Assembly: GCA_040386535.1 (NCBI GenBank)
Contig: JAZKFH010000010.1
Span: 32,001 to 96,000 of the forward strand
DNA: 64,000 bases
Direction of reading: 5' to 3'
DNA from: Myxococcota bacterium
Lineage (GTDB): Bacteria > Myxococcota_A > UBA796 > SXON01
The position numbers were made by a program, and so were the translations under genes. Positions 40,334 through 48,638 of the stretch are shown here, one piece after another; position 1 is the first letter of the stretch; each line of letters begins with the position of its first letter. The notes beneath the pieces were generated by a model, which was not told the origin of the DNA, searched no databases, and saw only the letters and a program-made list of their open reading frames with translations.

Positions 40334-41089
40334 TCACCGCCCCGACAGGAACCCCAGCTTCTGGATCAGCGCCTCCGGCATGTTCCTGACCACGGGCATG
40401 ATCACGCGCCAGAAGCCCGGCACGTACGCCTCCGCGGTACCCGCGTCCATCGCGGCGACGATCCCCACGGCCACGGCCGCCGGCTTCCCGAACAGCGGGT
40501 GCTTCGTGTGGTCCCGGGTCATCGGCGTGTCGACGGGGCCGAGCTTCAGCGTGGTGACGTGCACGCCCGCCGAGTGGAGTCGCGTTCGAACGCCCTGGAG
40601 GTAGAGGCCGAGCGCCCCCTTGGCCGCGCCGTAGGTGTAGTTCCGCGGGCGGCCGCGATCGCCCGCGACCGAGGTGATCACGCCGATGCTTCCTGCGCGC
40701 TGCTGCTCGAGGAGGTTCACGAGCGGGATCAGCAGGGACACGACGCTCGAGAAGTTGGTGCGGAGGATCGCCTCGGCGGTCGCGAAGTCCCGCTCCGTCG
40801 CGAGCTGGTCGCCGAGCGCGCCGTGGGCGATCAGGACCGTGTCGAGCGGGGCGCCGCCCGTGAGCGTGGCGACGGCGGCGGCGACCACGTCCGCGTTGGC
40901 GTCCAGCACGTCGAAGTCGGCCACAGACGTGGTCACCGTGGCGCCGAGGCCCTCGCAACGGGCGCGCACGGCGGCGAGCCGACCCGCGTTGCGACCGACG
41001 AGGTGGAGACGATCGCCGCGGCGGGCGTGCACCACCGCGACCTCGGCCGCGATGGCGGAGGTGGCTCCGAAAATGAGGACGCGCTTCAT
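40334..41089 (-). CDS. Short-chain dehydrogenase/reductase (DprE2-like subgroup)
   Basis: VLIFGATSAIA, SVAGDRGRPRNYTYGAAK (YxxxK), GPVDTPMT. Confidence 0.9.
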   Translation of the reverse strand: MKRVLIFGATSAIAAEVAVVHARRGDRLHLVGRNAGRLAAVRARCEGLGATVTTSVADFDVLDANADVVAAAVATLTGGAPLDTVLIAHGALGDQLATERDFATAEAILRTNFSSVVSLLIPLVNLLEQQRAGSIGVITSVAGDRGRPRNYTYGAAKGALGLYLQGVRTRLHSAGVHVTTLKLGPVDTPMTRDHTKHPLFGKPAAVAVGIVAAMDAGTAEAYVPGFWRVIMPVVRNMPEALIQKLGFLSGR

Positions 41090-41112
41090 GGAGGGCGACT
41101 AACTTTCTGTGA

Positions 41113-41769
41113 TCAAGAACGGCCCTCCCGCGCGAGATCCTTCAACACCGCGCGCGCCGTGAACGCGAGGAGGTCCGCGGCCTCTTCCGGCGAGACGGCG
41201 TCGGGGTCGTAGCGCCGCAACACCCGCGCGCCGTACGAGACGGCGAGGAGGAGCAGCGCGCGTTGGCGCCGATCGGAGTGGGTCCCGCGGTCGAAGCGCG
41301 CGAGCAGGGCCTCCAGCGCGCCGACGGAGCTCCGCAGCTGGGGGCCGATGAGGTCGAGCAGATCGCGCTCACCACCGAGCGCCTCGGCCCAGACGTGGTC
41401 GAGGGCACGCCACCGCGCGTCGAGGTGGTAGCGCAGCTCTCCCTCGCGCATCTGCGCCACGAAGGACTCGGGCGTCCCCTCCTCCTCGAACCAGCGCGAG
41501 CCCGCGTCGATGCGCGCCACGACCTCGCGGAACAGGCCTGCCTTGCTCTGGAAGTGGAAGTAGACGAGCGCCTCGCTGTACCCGGCGTCCGTTGCGATGT
41601 CCGCGATGCGTGCCCCGACGTAGCCGTGCGCGGAGAAGCGCTTGAGCGCCGCATCGAGGACGGCGGTGCGCGCGAGGGCGGAGTCCCGTCGTCGCTTCGG
41701 CGCGCGCGGGGGCACGGCGGGTGCTTCCGAGCCCTCTTCTGACCTGTCTTCCTGATCGTTCACAGACAT
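41113..41769 (-). CDS. TetR family transcriptional regulator
   Basis: VLDAALKRFSAHGYVGARIADIATDAGYSEALVYFHFQSKAGLF. Start ATG 41769. Confidence 0.92.
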   Translation of the reverse strand: MSVNDQEDRSEEGSEAPAVPPRAPKRRRDSALARTAVLDAALKRFSAHGYVGARIADIATDAGYSEALVYFHFQSKAGLFREVVARIDAGSRWFEEEGTPESFVAQMREGELRYHLDARWRALDHVWAEALGGERDLLDLIGPQLRSSVGALEALLARFDRGTHSDRRQRALLLLAVSYGARVLRRYDPDAVSPEEAADLLAFTARAVLKDLAREGRS

Positions 41770-41795
41770 GCAGATTCTCTCCGGCGAGCTTCCGC

Positions 41796-41835
41796 TACTG
41801 AGTATAGACTCAGCGTTACTAAGTCCAGCCTCAGC
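41796..41835. promoter_or_regulatory. Tandem candidate TetR operators
   Basis: TACTGAGTATAGACTCAGC (palindromic CTGAGT-N4-ACTCAG) and a degenerate copy TACTAAGTCCAGCCTCAGC 21 bp downstream, in the divergent intergenic region. Confidence 0.65.
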
Positions 41836-41848
41836 TAACGGAGCCCCC

Positions 41849-43000
41849 ATGCGCACCCTCCCCTTCCTCCTCCTCCTCCCCTTCGTCGCCTGCACTGGAG
41901 CGTCCAAGGACACGGGCGCCCCCGATGACACCGGCGAGACGGACACCGACACCGACACCGACACCGATACCGGCACGCCCGTCACCGCGCGCATCGCGTG
42001 GTTCGACGACATGAGCGGGATGGATCTGAGCCCCGACGGCACCCGTGCCGTCGCCCAGCGGATGAGCTCCTTGGCGGGCGAGGTCCTCTTCCTCGACACC
42101 GTCACCGACGAGGTGCGCAGCGTGACGACCCTGGGTGACGCGACCCGCAACCTGGCCACGGGGCTCTCGGCCGACGGGCGCATCTCGGCCCTGTACGACA
42201 CCCCGGTCGTCGAGGCCGGGCTCTGGACCGAGGCGACGGGCTGGCAGGATCTGGCGTCCCCGTTCGCCGTCGGGTGTGACTCCGACAACGGCGGCGGGTT
42301 CGACCTCTCCGACGACGGGACGGTCGTGGTCGGGCTCCTGTGGGACGTCTGCTCGCCTGCCGCCTTCCGGTGGACCGAGGCCGGCGGCGTGCAGGTGCTG
42401 GACATCCTGGGCGAGGCGTCCGAGGGCAGCACGAACGCCCCGGCCAACCGCGCCTCCGTGGTGTCGGGCGATGGCCAGGTGTCCGCCGGCTTCGCCGCGT
42501 ACGGACCGCTCGACCGCTCGCCGACCCGCTGGACGGCCGACGGCGCGGGCGAGCTGCTCGCCCCGGACGACCGCGATGCCCCCGGCGAGGTGCTGTCCAT
42601 CGACTACGACGGCTCCACGCTCGGCGTGTTGCGCGGCTACGACGGGTACGTGTGGACCGCGGCGGGCGGCTTCGTCTCCCTCGGGCGGCTCGAGACGGCG
42701 TTGCCCTCGGACCCGGTGTATGTCAACGCGCTCTCGGCAGACGGGCACCTCGCGTTCGGCGGCGTCGGGAGCGAGTTCTTTGGCCTCCCCACGGCTTTTG
42801 TGTGGTCGGAGGCGCTCGGGATGCGCTCGGTGCAGGAGGTCGCGACCGCCGCCGGCATCGTCGTGGACGAGGGCTACTGGCTCACGAACGTGATGGCGGT
42901 GTCGGACGACAGCACCGTCATCCTCGGTCGGGCCTTCAACGCCGAGGGCGCGCCGACGACGTTCGTGATGCACGTCCCCGCGGACGTGTGGGAGCGGTAG
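41849..43000 (+). CDS. Lipoprotein with HAF-like extracellular beta-propeller repeats and a short DT linker
   Basis: Start MRTLPFLLLLPFVAC. Repeated (L/V)S.DG..VVG...AF.WT...G...LG motifs. Confidence 0.85.
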   Translation: MRTLPFLLLLPFVACTGASKDTGAPDDTGETDTDTDTDTDTGTPVTARIAWFDDMSGMDLSPDGTRAVAQRMSSLAGEVLFLDTVTDEVRSVTTLGDATRNLATGLSADGRISALYDTPVVEAGLWTEATGWQDLASPFAVGCDSDNGGGFDLSDDGTVVVGLLWDVCSPAAFRWTEAGGVQVLDILGEASEGSTNAPANRASVVSGDGQVSAGFAAYGPLDRSPTRWTADGAGELLAPDDRDAPGEVLSIDYDGSTLGVLRGYDGYVWTAAGGFVSLGRLETALPSDPVYVNALSADGHLAFGGVGSEFFGLPTAFVWSEALGMRSVQEVATAAGIVVDEGYWLTNVMAVSDDSTVILGRAFNAEGAPTTFVMHVPADVWER

Positions 43001-43091
43001 CGACACGCCGCGTCGGCGCCGCGTGCGCGTTCCCTCCTCGGCGCCCCGCGGAAAACCTCGCCGCCACGACGCCGGGAAGCTACCCGGCGGG

Positions 43092-43844
43092 ATGCGCGCC
43101 CGCACCCGAACCTGTTCCGCGCCAGCGCTCGGCCTCGCCCTCCTCCTGGCGCCCGGCTGTGTACACGTCTACCAGCCCCTGTCGGGCCTTCACCGCCCCA
43201 TCGTGATCGACCCGCGGGCCGTGAACTTCGAGGATCTGCGCCTCACCGTGGTCTGCCCGGCCGGTACGCTCGTGGCCCGGTCTGAGGCGCGGATGCTCTG
43301 CGACAAGGTGGGCAAGCTCTTCGAGAACCAGGGCGCGCGCGTCACGACGATCACGGACCGTGGCGTGTACGGCCGGGAGCCCGAGGAGGAGGCCGAGGCG
43401 GAGCCGGTCGTCGATGCGTCCACGACCGATCTGGTGCTGGAGCTGCGCGCCAACGAGCTCCACACCACCAACGACGCGCTGTCCTGGGTGCTCTGCATCG
43501 GCACCGGCACCCTGGTGCCCGCCTACACCGAGTCCACCTTCGCCCAGGACGTGGTCATTCGCGACGCCACCGGTTTTCTGCTCGTGTCCGACCGGCTCGA
43601 GGGGCGCATCGTCCGCACGTTCGGCCTGGGCGCCTGGGCGGGCAACAAGTTCCTCGATCTGGTGTGGCGCAAGAAGGAGGACGAGCTGAACTCCAAGGCG
43701 GTCTACGCCGACGTGTCGGCCGACCTCTACGGGCAGCTCAGCCAGCTGGTGCTCAACGCGAAGATGCGGTGGCAGGTGCTGGGAGAGGCGACCCCGGACG
43801 GGCGCGCCATGGTGCCGACGCCGGCCACACCGGGCGAGCCGTGA
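43092..43844 (+). CDS. Hypothetical lipoprotein (motor operon gene 1)
   Basis: ATG 43092, LLLAPGC lipobox-like sequence, internal hydrophobic LSWVLCIGTGTLVP. First gene of the coupled run. Confidence 0.75.
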   Translation: MRARTRTCSAPALGLALLLAPGCVHVYQPLSGLHRPIVIDPRAVNFEDLRLTVVCPAGTLVARSEARMLCDKVGKLFENQGARVTTITDRGVYGREPEEEAEAEPVVDASTTDLVLELRANELHTTNDALSWVLCIGTGTLVPAYTESTFAQDVVIRDATGFLLVSDRLEGRIVRTFGLGAWAGNKFLDLVWRKKEDELNSKAVYADVSADLYGQLSQLVLNAKMRWQVLGEATPDGRAMVPTPATPGEP

Positions 43845-44476
43845 TCCTCGTCATCCTCGGCCTGTTGATCCTGCCCGCCCTGGTCCACCCCGACCCGGCG
43901 CCGGGGCTCGACATGAGCCGGGCCCGCTCGCGGCGGCTGGAGTGCGAGCGGATGAGCGCCGAGGTCGCCAGCCGGCGGTATCCGGGCGACGTGCAGCCGG
44001 CGCGGCCGCGCGGCGAGTACGTGGAACGCAGCGCGCTGGTCTGCGCCGAGCGCCTGATGCGCCCCGGGCTGCGCGCGAAGCGGGACGAGGCGATCCTCTC
44101 CACCCTCGAGCCGCTGGTGACCGAGCTGACGGCCGCGGGTGACCTCCACCCCGAGCTCGCGGGCCGCACCTGGCTGGTCGAGGCCCACTACCCGAGCCAA
44201 CCGGTGGCCGCGAAGCTCTCCTTCGCCACGAAGAACGCGCTCGTCGGAAAGGGGCTGCGGGTCTCCGATCGTACGCCTACGCTGTCGGCCGGAGACCTGG
44301 ACGTGATCACCCGCATGCCCCCCGAGCAGGCCTACACGGCGGCCTGCCGCCGCTACTGGGACAACGGCAGCCTCGGCGCGAACGACACGCTGCTCGCCGT
44401 GGTGAGCCGCGATCCACGCGAGACCATCCTCCACGCCGGCCTCTGCACCGATGGGCAGTGGAGCTGGCTCAAATGA
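43841..44476 (+). CDS. Hypothetical exported/membrane-anchored protein (motor operon gene 2)
   Basis: GTG 43841 (GTGA overlap), N-terminal hydrophobic segment, 4 Cys. Confidence 0.75.
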   Translation: MILVILGLLILPALVHPDPAPGLDMSRARSRRLECERMSAEVASRRYPGDVQPARPRGEYVERSALVCAERLMRPGLRAKRDEAILSTLEPLVTELTAAGDLHPELAGRTWLVEAHYPSQPVAAKLSFATKNALVGKGLRVSDRTPTLSAGDLDVITRMPPEQAYTAACRRYWDNGSLGANDTLLAVVSRDPRETILHAGLCTDGQWSWLK

Positions 44477-45663
44477 AGGTGCGCATCGTCCTGCTCTGGC
44501 TCCTCCTCGCGCCGTGGCTGGTGGCCCGCGCGTCGGGCCCGGAAGAGCAGGCCCAGCTGGCCGAGCTCGACCGCCTGCGCGGCAAGGTGGCCGGCGAGGT
44601 GCAGCTCTCCGCCTACGATCTGGTGGACGAGATGGTGCTCGGCTGGAAGACCGATCCGGTCTTCGACCAGCCCACGCCCGTGGTCCTCGCGAGCGTCACG
44701 GTGCCCGTGGGCCTCGGCACCGGGCTGGCGGCGCTGCTCGAGAACCACGTCGCCTCCGTCCTCGCCGAGAACCCCTCCACCAACGTCCAGCTCGTGCATT
44801 GTCCCACGTGCACCGCCGTGGTCGTGCACGCGGGGCCCGAGGCCACGGTCATCTCGCGCGGCATCGACGACCCCGCCGTGATCGAGCAGCTCGGCACCAC
44901 CAGCGGCAAGCACGCCCTGTTCGTGGACGTCGAAGCGGAAGGCACCTGGCTCGTGCTCCGCGCGCGGCTGACACGCCTGACCCCCGACCTTCCCATCGTC
45001 TGGAGCCGCACGATCGCGAGCTCGGCCAGCACCCCGGCGCTCCTGCGCGAGCCCCACGATCTGAAGTCGGCCGCCGACGCCCGGCGCGACTACCTCGCCG
45101 CGCTGCGCTCGCGCGGCCCCATCACGGTCCCCCTCCGCTTCGCCGTCCGCACCTTCGCCGAGCCCCTGGACTCGGGCAGGATCGCGGCGCCGCCGTTCAT
45201 CTGGCTACAGAGCGGCGTCGAGCTCGGCGCCAGCGACGCCCGCGCGTGGACCGCGAGCCTGCTCCTCGGCTACAGCTTCATCCCCGACGCCTACCAGGGG
45301 CTGATGGGCCAGGCGCGGATCAGCCGCCTGCTGACCGGCCGCGCCCGCTCGCTGATGCACCCCGACCTCTACCTGTTCGTCGGGACCTCGGTGATGGCCG
45401 TGTGGGGCCCAGCCACGGCGCCCTTCCAGGCGGACGTGCTCACGGCGGACGATCTGCTCGCGGCCCTCGCGGGCGACGCGCCCCGCACCACCCTCGGCAC
45501 GGTGCACTTCGGCCTCGACCTGCGGCTGGGCAACCGCATCGGGCTGTCCGCGTTCCTCGAGTCGATCCCCTCGCGCAACCACTCCGAGAACTTCGGCGAC
45601 TACATCCGCGTCCTCGACATCGGCTTTCAGAGCTTCGGCACCGAGGTGACGTTTTGTTTCTGA
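44473..45663 (+). CDS. Exported protein: CsgG/FlgO-like alpha/beta domain plus C-terminal beta-barrel-like region (motor operon gene 3)
   Basis: ATG 44473, signal peptide, CPTC, C-terminal amphipathic strands ending GTEVTFCF with a terminal Phe. Confidence 0.65.
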   Translation: MKVRIVLLWLLLAPWLVARASGPEEQAQLAELDRLRGKVAGEVQLSAYDLVDEMVLGWKTDPVFDQPTPVVLASVTVPVGLGTGLAALLENHVASVLAENPSTNVQLVHCPTCTAVVVHAGPEATVISRGIDDPAVIEQLGTTSGKHALFVDVEAEGTWLVLRARLTRLTPDLPIVWSRTIASSASTPALLREPHDLKSAADARRDYLAALRSRGPITVPLRFAVRTFAEPLDSGRIAAPPFIWLQSGVELGASDARAWTASLLLGYSFIPDAYQGLMGQARISRLLTGRARSLMHPDLYLFVGTSVMAVWGPATAPFQADVLTADDLLAALAGDAPRTTLGTVHFGLDLRLGNRIGLSAFLESIPSRNHSENFGDYIRVLDIGFQSFGTEVTFCF

Positions 45664-46625
45664 GGCTCGCCACCCTTTGGGCGTGCTGGGCCGTGCTGCT
45701 GCTCCTTCCGGGAGCGGCGCTCGCGCAGACGCCGAGCACGCGCGACTCGTTGGACCGCCTCGCGGAGGTGCTCGAGCTCCGCATCGAGGACGGTCGCTTG
45801 AGCCCCGACGAGGTGATGCCCGCGATCCTCGTGAGCGCGCAGGCACGCACCGAAGAGGATCGCGGCTGGTACGTCACCCGCGTCATCGAGGTGCTGCAGG
45901 GCACGCTCGGCGCCAGCGGCCTGCGCGTGTGCGAAGCCTGCATGGCGCCGCGCGCGACCGTCGAGTCCGGCACCATGGTCTACCAGGCCGGCCCCGTCGG
46001 CATCGACGAGGTCGTGCGGCTCGACGACGTGTCCCGCGGAGGGTCCGAGCCCGCGCGCACCGCCATCTGGCTGGACGAGCACGCGGGCGGGGTGTCGATC
46101 CGCATCGTCGACACGCGCACGTCCCGGGTGATCTTCGCCCAGAACATCGACCCGTACCTGGTGGAGAACAAGAACACCCGGCGGATGTACACGCTCTCCG
46201 CGGAGCGGGAGAGGCGGGCGCGCGGCGACGGCCTGACCCAGGCGTTCGTGGACGTGGCGTTCTTTCCGGGGCAGCACATCTCGCTCGACTGGACCGACCA
46301 GTGGGGGAAGACGAACCGCCAGTTCTCCGGCTTGACCCTGTCGGTGTTCGACCCGATCCTCGGGATCGGCGCGGTGCACTACTACTCGATCCCGTTCCTC
46401 AACACGCTCGTGGGCGCCCAGGTCGTGTTGAGCCTGCCGACCACCATCGTCCGCGGCCTCGGCCAGGAAGGCGAATTGCTCGATCCGCTGCTCACCGGAG
46501 TCGCCGTTGTCCGGGTACCCTTCGGCCGCTCCAACTTCGGGGCCCTCTTGACCGCGTCGACCAACGGCCAGATCGGCCTCGGGATCTCGCTCATGAACAT
46601 CAGCCTGCTCCCGATCCTGCCGTGA
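45654..46625 (+). CDS. Exported protein, apparent paralog-like partner of gene 3 (motor operon gene 4)
   Basis: TTG 45654 after GAGGTG, signal peptide ending ALA, CEAC, VSIRIVDTRTSRVIFA (CsgG/FlgO-like strand pattern), hydrophobic strand-rich C-terminus. Confidence 0.7.
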   Translation: MFLRLATLWACWAVLLLLPGAALAQTPSTRDSLDRLAEVLELRIEDGRLSPDEVMPAILVSAQARTEEDRGWYVTRVIEVLQGTLGASGLRVCEACMAPRATVESGTMVYQAGPVGIDEVVRLDDVSRGGSEPARTAIWLDEHAGGVSIRIVDTRTSRVIFAQNIDPYLVENKNTRRMYTLSAERERRARGDGLTQAFVDVAFFPGQHISLDWTDQWGKTNRQFSGLTLSVFDPILGIGAVHYYSIPFLNTLVGAQVVLSLPTTIVRGLGQEGELLDPLLTGVAVVRVPFGRSNFGALLTASTNGQIGLGISLMNISLLPILP

Positions 46626-47266
46626 AGCGCCTCCCGCTGACACGCGCGCTCACGCTCCTGCTGACCAGCGGCTGCGCCGCCCACAACTACACGCACTACC
46701 TGATCGAGCCGGCCCCCGCGACCAGCCCCGTGCTCGAGGAGGACGAGGGCACGCAGCTCCGCCCGATGGGGTTCGGCTCGACCACGGCCATGAAGGTGAG
46801 CTGGAACGACGGGACGATGATCACCGAGGTGGAGATCCCGCTCCTCGCCAGTGGGCAGCGCATCGTCATCGAGCACACCAAGGGCGCGACCGGCGTGGAG
46901 ACCATTCCCGCGACACGGCTGGTGCCGCCGCCGCCGAGCCTCGCCGACGCCACGCTCGACGCGGCGTACCGGGAGCGCGGCCTGAAGGTGCGGCCCGACG
47001 CGCCCGAGGTCAGCCTCACCGGCGCACGTTCGCGCATGCAGGAGGCCCTCACCGGCGGCAACTACCAGCTCGCGCTGGAGTGGTGCGAGCTGGTGCTGGC
47101 CCGGTATCCGTCACACCCGGAGACGCTGCGGGCGAAGGGCTCGATCCTGCTGATGCTGGGCGAGCGCGACAAAGCGAACGAGATCTACGAGGCGGTGGAA
47201 GAGATCGAGTCGGACCCCGCGGTCCGCAAGAAGCTGGAAGAGCTCCAGCGCGCAAACGCGAAGTAA
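46622..47266 (+). CDS. Lipoprotein with C-terminal TPR (motor operon gene 5)
   Basis: GTG 46622, lipobox TSGC, GNYQLALEWCELVLARYPSHPETLRAKGSILLMLGERDKANEIYE TPR pattern. Confidence 0.8.
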   Translation: MKRLPLTRALTLLLTSGCAAHNYTHYLIEPAPATSPVLEEDEGTQLRPMGFGSTTAMKVSWNDGTMITEVEIPLLASGQRIVIEHTKGATGVETIPATRLVPPPPSLADATLDAAYRERGLKVRPDAPEVSLTGARSRMQEALTGGNYQLALEWCELVLARYPSHPETLRAKGSILLMLGERDKANEIYEAVEEIESDPAVRKKLEELQRANAK

Positions 47267-47279
47267 GGAAGGGGATCTC

Positions 47280-48008
47280 GTGCAACTGGTCGGACTTGCT
47301 CTGCTCGTGTTCGTGATCTGGCTCGGGTTCGCCGAGCGTACGGACACGACCATCTCCGCCTTCGACTCCCATGCCTTCGTCATGGTGCTCGGCGGCTCGC
47401 TCTCGGCGATCATGATCTCGTCGAGCGGCGCGACCACGCTGCGCACCTTCGCCTGCCTGCGCGAGCTCGTGCCGGGCCTCGGGACCCTCGGGCGGGCCAC
47501 GCTCGCGCTGGAGGCGGACCGTACGCGCATCGCCGAGCTCTGGCTCGACGGGCGGCGCGCCCAGGCGGTCGAGCTCGCCGAGCAGAGCCGCCATCCCGCC
47601 GTGCGCCGCCTGCTCCAGCTCGTGCTCGCCCGGGCCCCCGAGGAGGCAACCCAGGCCGCCTTCACCGAGCTGCGGCACGCCGAGCTCTCCCGCTGGCAGC
47701 CCGCGATCGGCAACTGGGAGCTGCTGGCCCGGCTCGCCCCCTCCTTCGGCATGGTCGGCACCATCACGGGCATGATCCAGCTGTTCCAGAAGATGGGCGC
47801 GGACCAGGCGAGCCTCGGCTCGGCGCTGTCCCTCGCGCTGCTCGCGACGCTCTACGGCGTGGCCTTCGGCGCGGGCGTGGCCGGACCGATCGGGCACTAC
47901 CTCCGGAACCTGCTGGACGAGCGCCTCGGCGCGATCGAGCGCTGCGAGTCGACCGTGCGGGAGCTGGTCGCCCGCTCCGGCCGCGACCTCGCCATGGTCG
48001 GGGGCTGA
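47280..48008 (+). CDS. motA: MotA/PomA-like stator A subunit
   Basis: AFVMVLGGSLSAIMIS (MotA TM2), HPAVRRLLQLVL, APSFGMVGTITGMI, LGSALSLALLATLYG. 242 aa. Confidence 0.88.
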   Translation: MQLVGLALLVFVIWLGFAERTDTTISAFDSHAFVMVLGGSLSAIMISSSGATTLRTFACLRELVPGLGTLGRATLALEADRTRIAELWLDGRRAQAVELAEQSRHPAVRRLLQLVLARAPEEATQAAFTELRHAELSRWQPAIGNWELLARLAPSFGMVGTITGMIQLFQKMGADQASLGSALSLALLATLYGVAFGAGVAGPIGHYLRNLLDERLGAIERCESTVRELVARSGRDLAMVGG

Positions 48009-48011
48009 TCC

Positions 48012-48638
48012 GTGCAGCGACGCAGCTACGCAAGTGACGATGGGTGGCTCCTCTCGTACGCGGACCTCATCACCAACCTGCTCATCTTCTTCGCGATGAT
48101 CCTCGCGGCCGCGGAGATCAGCCGTACGCGCATGCAACAGATCGCCGAGGGGATCTCGGGGGTCGAGGCGCCGGCCAGCCTCTCCGCGATCCAGCAGGAG
48201 ATCGAGGTGCAGATCGAGCGGGAGGGCCTCCGGGAGGTGGTGCGCACCGATCTGACCGACGAGGGGCTGCGGCTCTCGCTGAACTCCGGCCTGGTCTTCG
48301 ACTCGGGGAGCGCCACGATCCGCGCCGAGCAGGAGGCCACGGTCGACCGCATGCTCCAGTCGCTCGTGCCGTACGCCGGTCAGTACGCCTTCGGGGTCGA
48401 GGGGCACACCGACAGCACCCCGGTGGTGAACGGCGGGGCTTACGCGACGAACTGGGAGCTGTCGTCCGGCCGTGCGAACGCGGTGCGGTCGCGCCTGGAG
48501 CAGGTGGGTGTGGAGCAGCGGCGCATCCGCGTCGAGGGCTATGCGGACACCGTGCCGCTGCCGGAAGAGAGCCTCGCCGGGCTCCCCCCGGAGGAGCGCC
48601 TCGCTCGCCATCGGCGCGTGGTCGTGAGGATCTACTGA
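48012..48638 (+). CDS. motB: MotB/PomB-like stator B subunit with OmpA-like peptidoglycan-binding domain
   Basis: WLLSYADLITNLLIFF with the essential Asp. VEGHTD, NWELSSGRANAV, GYADTVP, HRRVVVRI. Confidence 0.92.
   Translation: MQRRSYASDDGWLLSYADLITNLLIFFAMILAAAEISRTRMQQIAEGISGVEAPASLSAIQQEIEVQIEREGLREVVRTDLTDEGLRLSLNSGLVFDSGSATIRAEQEATVDRMLQSLVPYAGQYAFGVEGHTDSTPVVNGGAYATNWELSSGRANAVRSRLEQVGVEQRRIRVEGYADTVPLPEESLAGLPPEERLARHRRVVVRIY

Noticed and set aside
47280..48638. Zorya (ZorA/ZorB) antiphage system
   Set aside because: The A subunit is only 242 aa with no long cytoplasmic tail, there are no ZorC/D/E-like genes, and the neighbours are exported envelope proteins and a FliG-like protein.
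47280..48638. ExbBD/TolQR/AglRQS proton channel
   Set aside because: The B subunit has the MotB W..YAD motif and an OmpA-like domain, not an ExbD/TolR domain. The A subunit has the MotA-type VLGG TM2.
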